A stretch of 64,000 nt of DNA, taken from the NCBI RefSeq assembly GCF_006345805.1, contig NC_042997.1:28334001-28398000 (forward strand). The letters are read 5' to 3'. Position numbers and translations under genes: made by a program. Origin of the DNA: Octopus sinensis. Taxonomy: Eukaryota. The notes under the pieces are model-generated. The model ran no database searches. It was not told the DNA's origin and saw only the letters and a list, made by a program, of their open reading frames with translations. Shown here one piece after another: positions 1 through 11,960 of the stretch; position 1 is the stretch's first letter, and every line of letters begins with the position of its first letter.

Positions 1-222
1 TTATTTCACGTTGCTCCAGTCCACTCAGCTGGCAAAAATGAGTTGTACTTCTATTTCAATTGGTCAGCCTTGTCACTCTCTGTGTCACGTTGATTATCCC
101 CGAGAACTACGTTAAGGGTACACGTGTCTCTGGAATGCTCAGCCATTTGCACGTTAATTTCACGAGCAAGCTGTTCCGTTGATCGTATCAGCTGGGACCC
201 TCGTCGTCGTAACCGGCGGAGT
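1..222 (+). mobile_element. SINE body fragment (family D here), cut by window start
   Basis: Shares TTATTTCACGTTGCTCCAGTCCACTCAGCTG...AAATGAG with the minus-strand tRNA-headed SINE at 22623-22940. Confidence 0.6.
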
Positions 223-1107
223 CTTTAGAAGTCACAACGCAAAGAGCCACAAGTGATATCTCAAGTCTTTCTGTCCAATGATCTAGAAGTTGTCTTACTT
301 CACAGACATTGAGGAATAATTTATTTATGGACTCCATGCAGATGAAACACAAAGCTGATCATAATGCAATTTATATTATGAATGCAGTAAGGTCTGCAAA
401 TCTGCCGCCTCAGTATCTATTACATATATGAATTTTAATTAAAAAAACATCTATTACATTAATTTTCTTTCTGATAACCATGTACGCAACATATTTTGTT
501 TTACATCTCGAATTGTTCAACACAATTTTGAAATTAGAATGTTTCCGGGTTCTTTGATAACTATGGGTTCATTGCAGACAACCAAACCGTAAAAGGACAA
601 TGGATAGTGCGTTTTATTTTACATCATCAGTTAGACTCCATCTGCACAATGTGACCCAAAGATATTCTAGTTTTCTGTTGAAAAAAGGATGTTAATGCTT
701 TAACCATGCCGTCGGACGTATTTGGTTCGTCAGTTTATTTCGAACAACATAGAAGAATAGACAGTATCAATAAACTGCTTCTGATGCTCTTTCTAAACAT
801 TCTGACCATTTCACTCTAGAGTAGCTACGGAATATAACAAGAATGTTAGACTTTAGGGATAACTAGCAATAGTTTATGCATCGATCATATAACCAGCTCA
901 TATTCGTTTCATATCACTACTTGTTTCTTAATATAGGAGACGAAAGTAGAATTTAACTAGTTTATTTTTCATTCATCATATATCTACATATTTCGGAATA
1001 TAGGAGACAAAAGTAAAATATGAAATCAGACTTCCTTAAGGATCAGCTCCTAAGGTTTCAGAGGTTTACTCTAACTTGATCTCAGTAGCATTGCCACACA
1101 TAATTAG

Positions 1108-2229
1108 AGTCACTCTGTCCTTGTGTGCCTTAAATCGTGGAGCTCTGTCTTTGTCCTTCTTGAAGTACGTTCTGGAAGGCATTTCTTCCAGAGGTTAGTC
1201 TCGTCCATATTGAAAAACTGTTCCGGCTTGTATCCCATGTCCTTGATGATCTGCCTGAAGGTCTCAAGGTACTTCTCAGCGGCTTTTTTATCGGCTGATG
1301 TTGTCTCCATGCAGGAAGGCACTATATTTTCAAACGTTTCTGGAAATGTTCAAACTATTCCTTGCTGGCTTGAAAATCTTTGGACTTCGGTGCTGTCAAT
1401 GGTCTTGGTTGCGGTTCGTCGATGCCTTCAGCTCTCTGCTTCGTCTCCTCTGTAGAAATGCTGGTATAATTTCCGCGCTTTCTCGCGAATGATTTTACCC
1501 TTCAAGGAAATGTTTTTCTTCTTGCAGTTAGTGATCCACAGTGCCAAGGTAGATTCTATCCTGACCAAGTGCTTATTTCACATTGTTGTTTTGGTACTCT
1601 CACAGAAACTTACTACTACGGTAGACCTGATAGCTACCTCTTTCTACTTTAAGTAACGTATAATGATTTCGTTGAGAGCCATAACAATGACCTACTGCAG
1701 CATAGCGTTTACTTTCTTGGAGCATATCCATCAGTTATACTTTCTCATGGAACATCATAACCTTTTTTCTGGAGCTTAGCTTCAGTGCTAGAAGCTTTAG
1801 AATGTGTAGGGCGTTTGGGTGCTTAAGGCACCCATGCTTCGAAAAACACAACACACAATAAAACACTCAAGATAGGTACTAGATGCAGTGTTCCCTCTAA
1901 AAACGTACCAACACAACCTTCCTTGCTTCTAATATATGCATACCACCAATGGGAGATTGAGCAGAGATTAAAAATAATAATGGTTTTGAAAAATTTAGTT
2001 TGTAGTACCACTAGATCAGTAATCTATGCTATAATAATGACAATAAAAAGAGGGAGAAAGAGAGAAAGGAGACAAAGAAAGAGAGAGAGAGTGAAAGAGA
2101 GAGAGAGAGATTGCCATGAAAGAAGTCATATAAAATGTCGGACGATATTTACGATTCCGCGAATATGCGGTGGTTTCTGTGTATAACCAGGACCGCGAAT
2201 GGTGAACTGCGAGTAAGCGGGGTACACTG
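1108..2229 (-). mobile_element. Tigger/pogo-like DNA transposon remnant
   Basis: Minus-strand fragments ESTLALWITNCKKK (CENP-B-like HTH) and SADKKAAEKYLETFRQII...FFNMDETNLWK (first DDE Asp); TIR-like start CAGTGTACCCCGCTTACTCGC at 2229; partner TIR not found. Confidence 0.8.
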
Positions 2230-2259
2230 TTTATATATATATATATTATATATATATAT

Positions 2260-2291
<32 letters not shown>

Positions 2292-2315
2292 TCATACATA
2301 CAGAAACACACATAC

Positions 2316-2367
<52 letters not shown>

Positions 2368-2371
<4 letters not shown>

Positions 2372-2737
2372 GGCTGTTTGTCTGTGCGTGTTTCTGTGTG
2401 TCTGTTTGCTTGTACCCTCACCCTGACCACGGCTTTCAACCGATTCTGATGAAACTTGACACACACATAGCCCAATGTCATAATTCAAAACTAACGCAGC
2501 GAAAATTTTGAAAAGTTCCCCCAGTTCTGAAAAAAATCGATAAATTCGACATGGGGTCGAGAATCAGAAACACAAACCGTAAACTGTCTAGGGGACGCAA
2601 CTCTACCTTTTTTAACTAAAAAAAAATTTACCATCATTTTTTTCCATTTTTTTGCTATTTTTGGGCTATAACTCTCTAAAAATGCTTTATAGTTATTTCC
2701 CTTACAAACCCGAGCAATGCCGGGCGATACTGCTAGT
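2368..2737 (+). mobile_element. Non-autonomous Helitron-like (Lep1/DINE-like) element
   Basis: Starts at (TA)n, (GTCT/GTTT)-type short repeats, AACCGATTCTGATGAAACTT block, ends with CCCG..CGGG hairpin then CTAGT. Confidence 0.55.
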
Positions 2738-3014
2738 ATATATATATATATATGTACAACGGAATTAGAAAGAAAGGTGTTAATCATGTATTACTTGAGT
2801 TTGGAACTGTGCTGTGGCAGCGGTGTGTGTTGGGGATCCAAGATTAAAAATTCAGTGTGGATAATTTTAATCAGGGTGAAGGAAGAGGGTGATAAATATT
2901 CCACTAGACTAACAAGAGGTTTCGGATAAGGAGTGAAATTGTATGTGTGATCAAGAACATGAGAAGTTATGATTTGCTTTTGAATGTAAATATTCACAGG
3001 TTAAGTACAGTACA

Positions 3015-3090
<76 letters not shown>

Positions 3091-3232
3091 CAGTATTTGG
3101 TTAGTTGATATAGGTTTGTCACATATTTCAGCTGCTAAAGACAAATACACTGCAGTTAGAGTGGAATAAAATCTCTCCATTGGTAAAAGGTGGGAAATCA
3201 GCCAGGTCGATCAATGTCGCCATGTCTCATGA

Positions 3233-3280
3233 ATCTCAGACATCGATGTTTCGAATTTTTATTACTCTTGTCGATGAGAC
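3233..3280 (-). ncRNA. Hammerhead-ribozyme-like motif, type I, variant core
   Basis: GUCUCA-UCGACAA-GAGU(AAUAAAA)AUUC-GAAAC-AUCGAU-GUC-UGAGAU: stem I 6 bp, stem II 4 bp, palindromic stem III ACAUCGAUGU, GUC triplet. Confidence 0.55.
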
Positions 3281-3524
3281 ACACCTAAGAGAAGCAACTC
3301 TGAAGGGACTTAATAAAGCTATAGCTTTATGCATAATCCAGTCAATACGTTGACTGGTTTGCGCTATTAGTTCGCCCGATCAAATTAATTAACGGAATGT
3401 AGGTGTAAATCAGTGTTTAGGTGTGAGCAGAACTTAGATTAGTTGGAATAGGTTTTTACAAATAGTATATATATTATTAGACAATTATGTATCTATACAT
3501 ATAACTTGACTAAAGTTTATGCGT

Positions 3525-3947
3525 GAGCCTGTTGGCCCAATCAGATGCGCAAGGTGTCGTGTAAGCGTTGATATGTGGGTTAGATCCGGCTTGTGTTAGC
3601 TCACCATTTTTCAATTTTCAGTCAATAGTTGAGATAAGTCTTGCTTTAGATCGAAGTATATATATATCATTATTATCATAGTATATTATTATATAGTTAT
3701 TATTGTATAAAATACATTCATAGTTGCTCTTTCTCCATAAGTTACAAAGCCTTTGGGTTTCTTTACAATATTATATGTAGTATTAGAGAGTTATGCATAT
3801 TTTTCTTTAATTTCTCTGAATTTGATGGAGGAGCCTGTTGGCCCACTCTGATGTACTAGGAGCCATATAAGCGTTGATTAGTGGGTTCGATTCTTGCTTG
3901 CGTTAGCTCATCATTTTTCAGTCAATCGTTTAAATAAATATTGCTTT
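3525..3947. repeat. Two diverged direct repeats about 306 bp apart (3525-3650, 3831-3947)
   Basis: GAGCCTGTTGGCCCA...TAAGCGTTGAT...GTTAGCTCA...TTTTCAGTCAAT occurs twice. Confidence 0.8.
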
Positions 3948-5453
3948 AAGTGGAGTACTCACACACAAACACACACACATATATATACATATATGTATGC
4001 ACACATACACGAGTATATATGTGTGTATGCCTTGATTTGTGTTTATATATATTTATTTCATCTCTTTTCATTATGCATACAAAACCAAAACGTACTTAAA
4101 TCAGCAAGCATATACATAACTCTGATCTCTGCTTAAATTCTTTTTCAAATTCAGCAGTGAGACCTCGAACTTTTTATTAGCATTGAAACAAAAGGAAATA
4201 TTTTGAATCTACATTTCCATGGAATACTTGTTTGTATACATTTTGCTTACTTCTCTATATATACACAAGAAGTGATTTACGTTTACACAATAGACTTAAA
4301 GGATTGAATGTATGGGAAGTTATAGTATCTGCAGTATAGAATTATATTTGTATACATTTTATAGTGTACACATCTGAATTTAAATATTTCTTGATTTCTA
4401 TGGAATTTCTTAATAGGTTATTTTCATTTGGTTAATTATTTGCATGTTTTATTTTCTATAAAGCTTTGTGCTTTTAAATTACTCTGCAGCCCACAAAAGC
4501 TATTTAAGAGAAATATGTTCTATTGAGCATGATTCCTGTGATGAAGAAAATTTCATGTGCTGCATTTCGTCATTCTAAAGACAAAATGTTTACTCTGATC
4601 AGCATGCGATCTCGCGCAATACAACTGGTCACATGGTGCTATCACTTCATACCCGTAACTTTTTGTTGGTCATAGAAAATTATGCATTGGTAATAGTTAT
4701 GCAATTAAACGCCTGCAGGAAAGTTTCACAAATATTAAGGACTACTTTATTCACGTATATTTTTACAGAGAAGCATATATAACAAGCATGCAAAAGATGC
4801 TGAAAAATTCATGAATTTGGTTAAAAGAAATTACAAGTGAATCAGTTAATTATAGTTTTATTCAACATAGTCCCCTTTAAGATTCATACCCTTATTGCAG
4901 TTGTCCTTCTGTAAAAGAAATCGATATTTGGGCCTCCAACAATGCCTTTTCCGGCACACTTAAAACCAGGAAATTTTCAGCACTTCTGCGTATGCTACGT
5001 TCATGCATACAGTCTGTTTTTGCTTGTTATCACTTCAGGAAGTAAAAACATACAAATCATGCATACACAACTCAGACGAAATACATAGTTTGAATTCAGG
5101 TACACCTTATTAAAATATCGGTAAAACATAAATAATATGCCACAAACCTAAAAATATGTAAGTGCATAATACCTCATCAATATGAAATCACATTGATATA
5201 TATATACATATAAGATTTATATATATATATATATAAAAGATAATGGTGTCATTGAGACTCAAGCGTGTCAGGTAATGATGAATAAGTACTATAGACAGAA
5301 CATAGTTAAGTTCCAGATTCGGTAATTTTGCGAATAAAGGGGTTCAACGTTGGTTCTATATCAGTGTGTGTATATAAGAATATCTAATATCTGCACAGCC
5401 TTTGTTTTTCTTTTATCTTATTACGCAAAAATTCTTTCATATATATATATATA

Positions 5454-6278
5454 CAGAGTGGGTGGAAATTAACTAGGCATTAGAAATTGCTTATAGAATT
5501 TTTAGTATCACTGAAGTCAAAACAAAATCATTTTACAGACATCACTAATGGGGATTTTATATTTTCTTATAGTGTTATTTCTTACTTCTTATTTTCCAGA
5601 TTTCCGGACACTTGACTGTTAACCAGCAAGTTAAGATAGCATTGCGCTATGAAGTGTGGAAATCCATTTTTGGGGGTTTAGAGAGGGTGGTAGGGTGGTG
5701 TACATGGAAAGGTAATCATGCAACACTACGTCGGGAGTGAACGATGGAAGAAGTAGTGACCGTCGAACCACATCTCGATCAGCGGAGAACTTGGCAACAG
5801 TGCAGAAAATGTTTAATCACAGCCTGTGAAAATCAAAGCGTGAAGCAGGTCGCGAAAGTGGACTAACAAGAGATCCAATACGTACGTTGTTGCCTTAAGA
5901 ATTGAATTTTCGTCCGTGAAAACCCCATTACATGCAGGATCTAAAACTTAAAAACTGTGACCGCAGAAGTCCAGAAGTCAAGTTCTCACTCCACGTAATG
6001 ATTACCTGTGCGGTTACCCAGAAGTGGAGTAGAAGGCAACATCTCGCACACTGGAGGACTTGGAGACACGCATTCATGAGGTTCTAAATGTTATCCCAAA
6101 CGACGTTCTTCAGAACGTTGTTCATTCCACCCTGGCCGGTTCTTACGCTGAAATATGACGATTTACTTTCATTTTCCCGTGTAATAAAAAAAATGCCTCA
6201 TTTCTTACAATAAATTAGTAAAAAGAATATGAATTTTATTACGAATTTGTAATGCCTATATACTTTTCGCCCACCGTG
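5454..6278 (+). mobile_element. Internally deleted Tc1/mariner-superfamily element (DD37D/maT-like)
   Basis: Imperfect TIRs CAGAGTGGGTGGAAATTAACTAGGCATTA / TAATGCCTATATACTTTTCGCCCACCGTG, TA on both sides; decayed peptide pieces RSAENLATVQKMF...KPHYMQDL...DRR and RTLEDLETRIHEVLNVIP. Confidence 0.8.
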
Positions 6279-6530
6279 TATATTTAGTAGTGACTACTAT
6301 TAATTCAGGTCACGCTAGACAGAAGGGATATTCTTGAAATGGAGGATTTCAGACTGACGGACACAATATTTACATATCGCATGAGAAAACACAACTAGAC
6401 CTCATAATACAGGGAAATAGTTGCATATTCAGGTACCTGCACTCCCGGAGAACTACTTAGCGTAGAAACAATTGTAATGATTAAAAAATACATGTCGATC
6501 CGTATCCCGTCTTGTTAACTCCGAGTTTTT

Positions 6531-6604
<74 letters not shown>

Positions 6605-6639
6605 CGTAGAAGGTTGAAAAGGAACACACAAGTTGATAT

Positions 6640-8610
6640 GTATAAGGAAAATATGACAAGGTAGAAAATGCTCAAATAGTGTTATCATGAAGAACACTTT
6701 AGTACAGGTTTCAGTCTGTGCAACATTCTCAACTTAGAGTAAACATCAAAAGCAATTAAATTGTGGAAAAATTAAATGAAATGATTTTAAAAAATATTTC
6801 CCAATTTTTTAAATGCAATGGACATTTTCCTTTATTTTCTGTTGAGAGAGAGAGACAGAGTAATCCCCACTCGAGATACAGAAAATGCCGATAAAAACAA
6901 ACACAATCACTACTATAAATGAAGAAATATGGAAGAACTCAAGACAATCAACACAAATCTGTTAACGTTACTTTAACAAACTTGACTCGACACATGAACC
7001 CAATCGATAGGAAAAATACAACCTCCGAAATCGTCGAAAACCTTGGAAACTTATGCGAAACAGTTAGAATATTTTCTCAAAGAACGCTAACCAAAGACCT
7101 CCGAACGAGGCAGCATATGGGATCAATACACTAACAACATAGCAAAAGAAACACCACATAGTACCACACTGGAACGAATCACCCAGAGGTAGGAAAGTGC
7201 ACCTTTTGGAAGATGATCCAAAACAATAACAAGGCGGATATATACAAAAAATGGTTTAATCTGACACCGTAAATTCTCTCACGCAAACTCCAGATCAAAA
7301 CCATTATAGATGAACGTGAGGCGCAGAGACTCCTCAGGGAAAGAATGGCACTGGGAAAAATGAAGATAGAAATTGAACTTCTAAAATTGAGGGCTCAGAC
7401 GAATGAAGCTAAAGTAAAATCCATCGATGAAGAGATCAACCAAGACATTAACAAAATGACTCGAGGCCCCCAACCTATAGATCTCCAAACTATGGAAAAA
7501 AGATTGTGATTAAGAAGACGTGAAATCCCTCTAACGCTGGGAAAAGCCCCACTTGGTGATCAAACTACGAAACTGTCTTTCAAACATTAGGCTTCCAACA
7601 ACCCTTTCCTAAAAACAAGAAAATCAAAACAACACTCAAACACAGATTCACACCTATCTAAAAAACGGAACCATCACCCCTACCCCCAAAAATACAAGAT
7701 CTAACCCTAACTGTGTAACCTACCAGCAAAACAACATCGTGAGTACCTAAATATCAAACAGAAATTAAAAATCACTACCCGCAGGACAGACTTTACAACC
7801 TCTCCTCCTATAAGGAGTTTACCAGCGGAGTTTTCGTTCCAACAATCGACTAAAAAACCACACAAACGAAACCTGTACTACACGTAATAATTACCAACGA
7901 CGGCCCCCTAAAACACCACATCCGAACAGGGGACATAGAGACACACCTTTCAATACCCTTATAAAAAACGGCACCATAAATCGCAACAGGGCACCCCACA
8001 ACAAAAGAGAACAACTACATAATAGCTACCGTCCCAGTTATCTCAGTTATTTTTTAGACCCAATACGCAGACACCGATATACGAGATAGCACCAGACAGA
8101 CAGGAGGACCCAAAAGTGATAAAGATTATTAATCTAACGCACAAAAAACTAACAGTAAACTAAATCTACATACTCTCCAAAGGGCTCAAGTTTATCTCCC
8201 GCCCACAAACACCCCAGCTACAATCAAATGAAAGAAGACGGACGTGCGGAATTCTGTAGAAAATTACGACTCGTTGAGGAACTATACGACAAATACAAAG
8301 AGGAAGAATCTTTAGTCCGAAATAGAAGTAACTACACTCCTTCAAAAGTCCGCTACTACGTACCACCTTCTACGAAGACTTCACAAGAGTAAAAAAAGAG
8401 AGACAAATAGGCAGACAAAAGGAAAATGTCCCTTGTATTTGAAATCTATGGAAATTTTTTTTAACAGATTTCATTTCATTTTTCCACAAGTTAATTGTTT
8501 TTCATGCTTTACTCTAATTTGAAAAAGTCGCAAAGACTGAAACCAGTACTAAAATGTTCATTATAAAATTATTTTAGCATTTTTTACCTTGTCATATTTT
8601 TCCTTATATA
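6640..8610 (+). mobile_element. Old Penelope-like element: N-terminal ORF remnant bracketed by inverted terminal repeats
   Basis: 6640-6835 and 8418-8610 are diverged inverted copies (about 190 bp); 8120-8330 encodes VINLT...LSKGLKFISRP...FCRKLRL, the pre-RT motif of PLE ORFs; RT/EN absent. Confidence 0.65.
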
Positions 8611-9089
8611 TTTATATATACATAAATCTGGCGAGAAGTAGATATTTTGAGAAACAAAAATTAATTTTCTTATGCTTACAAAATTTCATTTCCCACACCA
8701 ATGTTTAAATAAGTACATTTTTCGCAATAATTATTTGTAATGACGATGTTAAGAGTATAAAACCGATGTGAATAATATTCCAAAGTCAATTCGTGTATTT
8801 ATACACTCATTCTCATGGGACATTTACACTATTTATGGAAGCATTTCAATGTAAAGAAAAACTTATTTAAAATTCAATATTAGCATTCACATTCTATCAT
8901 TCAAATATATAAACATCTTCAAATAAACGTGATATATCGTAAATAGCACCTTCCATATTTACGAATAAAAGTTAATTTGATATCTGAAAAGCAATTAATA
9001 GATCATATAAAAATAATAAGATCAATAACATTAATGATAACAACAGAAATATCAATAACAACAGCAAAAACAACGACAAAAGCAACAAC

Positions 9090-9136
9090 AGCAAAAGAAG
9101 AAGAAGAAGAAGAAGAACAACAACAACAACAACAAC

Positions 9137-9203
<67 letters not shown>
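9090..9203. repeat. Compound microsatellite (AAG)n(AAC)n(AAT)n
   Basis: Direct reading. Confidence 0.95.
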
Positions 9204-9206
<3 letters not shown>

Positions 9207-9721
9207 GGGTTAATAAAATCAATAACTATTTAGTGAAACTGTCCAAAAATATTTATTGCTTAATTTCAGGAAGTCTTAAAATTCGATACGTGTTTCAATT
9301 ATGATAAGTGTTATATTGAATAAATAATTATCTGATTAATGTCAGAAATCTTTAGAATTCCAGTTTCATTAAATGCTTGGCATAAATATTAACAAATTTT
9401 CCCTGTAGTCTGCGACAGAATCAAAGAAATATTCCCATTAAACCTTATACAAAGTTTTCAAACCTCTAAATATTACTGTGTATTCCACAATTAATATGAA
9501 AACTATACATAGAAATTTGGACTGTCACACTAATGTACGTAAGCATGTTTATGTATATATCTTTGAGTGCATATGTGTGCGTGCGTTTGTATGTGTAGGC
9601 GTGTGAGTGAGTCTGTATGTGCTTATGTTTAGTTTATAATTGAGTGGTTGTGTTTAACCTAACGTACAATCATGCTTGCTTAGACAAATGTCATAAAATT
9701 ATTATACTATATATCACATAT

Positions 9722-9932
9722 ATATTATTACGGAGATGTACTTGCATAGCAAATGATCTGATCTCAGATCGTGTGCTGAAACAAAAACAAATTGCGGCGT
9801 GGAAGGTATTTATAAGCCATTTAAAAACACACAAAAACGTAAGATTCACTTTATTTGAACGTAATTTGTCAAAAGATTTTCCGCGCTTTGAGACCGCGAC
9901 CTGCTTGGTCACTCATAAACTTTCGTGCCGCA
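9722..9932 (+). mobile_element. Single-arm copy of the MITE family seen at 18530-18890
   Basis: TTATTACGGAGATGTACT...GCGTGGAAGGT...TAAGCCATTTAA...CCGCGACCTG shared with 18530-18735. Confidence 0.65.
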
Positions 9933-9961
9933 TATATTCATACATACATACATGTAGATAC

Positions 9962-10022
<61 letters not shown>

Positions 10023-10023
<1 letters not shown>

Positions 10024-10141
10024 TGGCCTGCTCGCTTAGCCAGCGAGGTGGCGTCGTTTGAAGGGTAAAACAATGAGAAGCGTATTGTGACCAGCGATTT
10101 GTAGCATCATCTGATAGCCTGATCGGTCACGATGATCACGG

Positions 10142-10144
<3 letters not shown>
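10023..10144 (+). mobile_element. 5'-truncated SINE (family C) in (TA)n
   Basis: Matches 3' part of 48763-49074; (TA)n on both sides. Confidence 0.75.
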
Positions 10145-10189
<45 letters not shown>

Positions 10190-10371
10190 TGATAAAAATG
10201 GTAAGAAAACAAAAGAATGAAAGTGACCTCGATATTATGTAAATAGAAGAATTTATCTGTAAATGTAATGTGACAATTATCCGATAGCCATGATAAAATT
10301 CCGAGTTACGGATGCCGAGATGGAAATCCATGCCGCCATCTCTTTAGTTATCCGGTCATCGGAAAAAAAAA

Positions 10372-10787
10372 ATGAAATATGACCGTTATACCAAGGGAAA
10401 TTACTGTGGGATTTACCGTTATTGAGACAAAAGACATATTTGAATGACCGCTAAGTGAGGGGAGGGAGTAAAAGTAGGGGTATAAAAAAAGGAGTTGCGC
10501 GTGTGTGTATGTGTGAGTTTGTATGTATATACATATGCATTTTGTGAATGGTGCGGGTGAGGATGTTTTCAAGTGAGGGCGGATGAATGTATACTTTTAG
10601 GCGCTCGCACGTGGTGTGCGGTCGCGCATGTGTAGCTATGAACATGCGCGCTAACACGAACACTATGAACTTTTTTACCCTCTTACTTTTACTCCCTCCC
10701 TTCACTTACTGGTCATTCACATAGCTCTTTTGTTTTAATATCGGTCAATCACAGAGTAATTTCTCTTTGTATAACGGTCATTTTCCA

Positions 10788-10790
<3 letters not shown>
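10372..10790. mobile_element. MITE with about 120 bp imperfect TIRs
   Basis: 10372-10492 is inverse-complementary to 10670-10790 (ATGACCGTTATA...GGAGGGAGTAAAAGTA vs TACTTTTACTCCCTCC...TATAACGGTCAT). Confidence 0.7.
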
Positions 10791-10820
<30 letters not shown>

Positions 10821-10828
<8 letters not shown>

Positions 10829-11640
10829 AAATGGAAAGATGAATTATCTTGTTGCGGATTATTCAAAAGTTTAACCGATACCTGGGTAGCAAAAATCACA
10901 GCAGAAAAAACACGGTTGGAGTTATGACCATAGGGTGTTGCAACCGTGCGTTGGCGCGGATAATTGAAGTTTAATATAATTAGTGAATGGAAGAAATGGA
11001 GCTGAACGAAGATTCTACAGAATTCCTTTTATTACATTCTACACATGTTTCAAAGGCCACAAATTTCCAAATTCTGATTGAATAAGGATACCATATTGCA
11101 GCTTTCTCTTCAGGAAAATCCAGGAATTACGATGTCCAAACAAAACAAAGGCGCAGCAAGCAACTCGAACAAGAACGCTCCCTAGGAGCCCATGAAGTGG
11201 GGTAAACTGTTTCTTAATGTACGTTGAAATCGGGGGGTTGGTGGAGGCCGACAAAAAAGTCCGTTGGAATAAATCAAGGTCAGGCTGCGGTCAAATCTGG
11301 TAGGTGAGGAAATAATGAAAACAAGGGGTGTGAAGATATTCTGTGTAACCAAAGTTAATGCTCTGAATATTTTAAGAATTCAGGGTGTCTTATTTAGGTG
11401 CGAGAAACTACCTACCTACATGCATGTGTGTGTATGCAAGCCTATGTATGCGTGGCCGTATGGTGGCGAGGGGCGCGAGATAGTGAGCACTGCTGAAAGA
11501 AGCCGGTCAGGCGGCTGAAATAATTCTGTATTCGTGTGTCCGTCAGTGGCCTGCTTGTCTAAATTAACCTCGTCAAAGATCAGGGGGGTATAATTCCTGC
11601 CCTTGCTTCTAAAAAACCGACCAATCGCCCAAGGGAGTAA
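10821..11640 (-). repeat. Inverted 5' pseudo-LTR arm (820 bp)
   Basis: Reverse complement of 3' pLTR plus 5' leader; roughly a dozen substitutions and one 1-bp indel versus 14760-15425 by eye. Confidence 0.95.
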
Positions 11641-11960
11641 TATGGTATCCTTATTCAATCAGAATTTGGAAATTTGTGGCCTTTGAAACATGTGTAGAAT
11701 GTAATAAAAGGAATTCTGTAGAATCTTCGTTCAGCTCCATTTCTTCCATTCACTAATTATATTAAACTTCAATTATCCGCGCCAACACACGGTTGCAACA
11801 CCCTATGGTCATAACTCCAACCGTGTTTTTTCTGCTGTGATTTTTGCTACCCAGGTATCGGTTAAACTTTTGAATAATCCGTAACAAGATAATTTATCTT
11901 TCCATTTCAACAAACATATACCGCTTCGCCAAGAAACCGCTACATTAACCGATACCGAAA

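Noticed and set aside
2444-2460. Other CTGA(N)GA hits (2446, 22486, 24183, 55692, 59788, 45208)
   Set aside because: No correctly placed GAAA plus stem III/NUH or no stem I complementarity.
2016-2488. YI/IY/HT-rich ORFs here and at many loci (15918, 33013, 33861, 36866, 48518, 59020 etc.)
   Set aside because: Translations of (TA)n/(CA)n microsatellites, which lack stops in some frames.
11039-11518. Duplicated small ORFs (11039-11254 = 15147-15362; 11315-11518 = 14883-15086) as genes
   Set aside because: They simply reflect the inverted pLTR copies; no coding signal.
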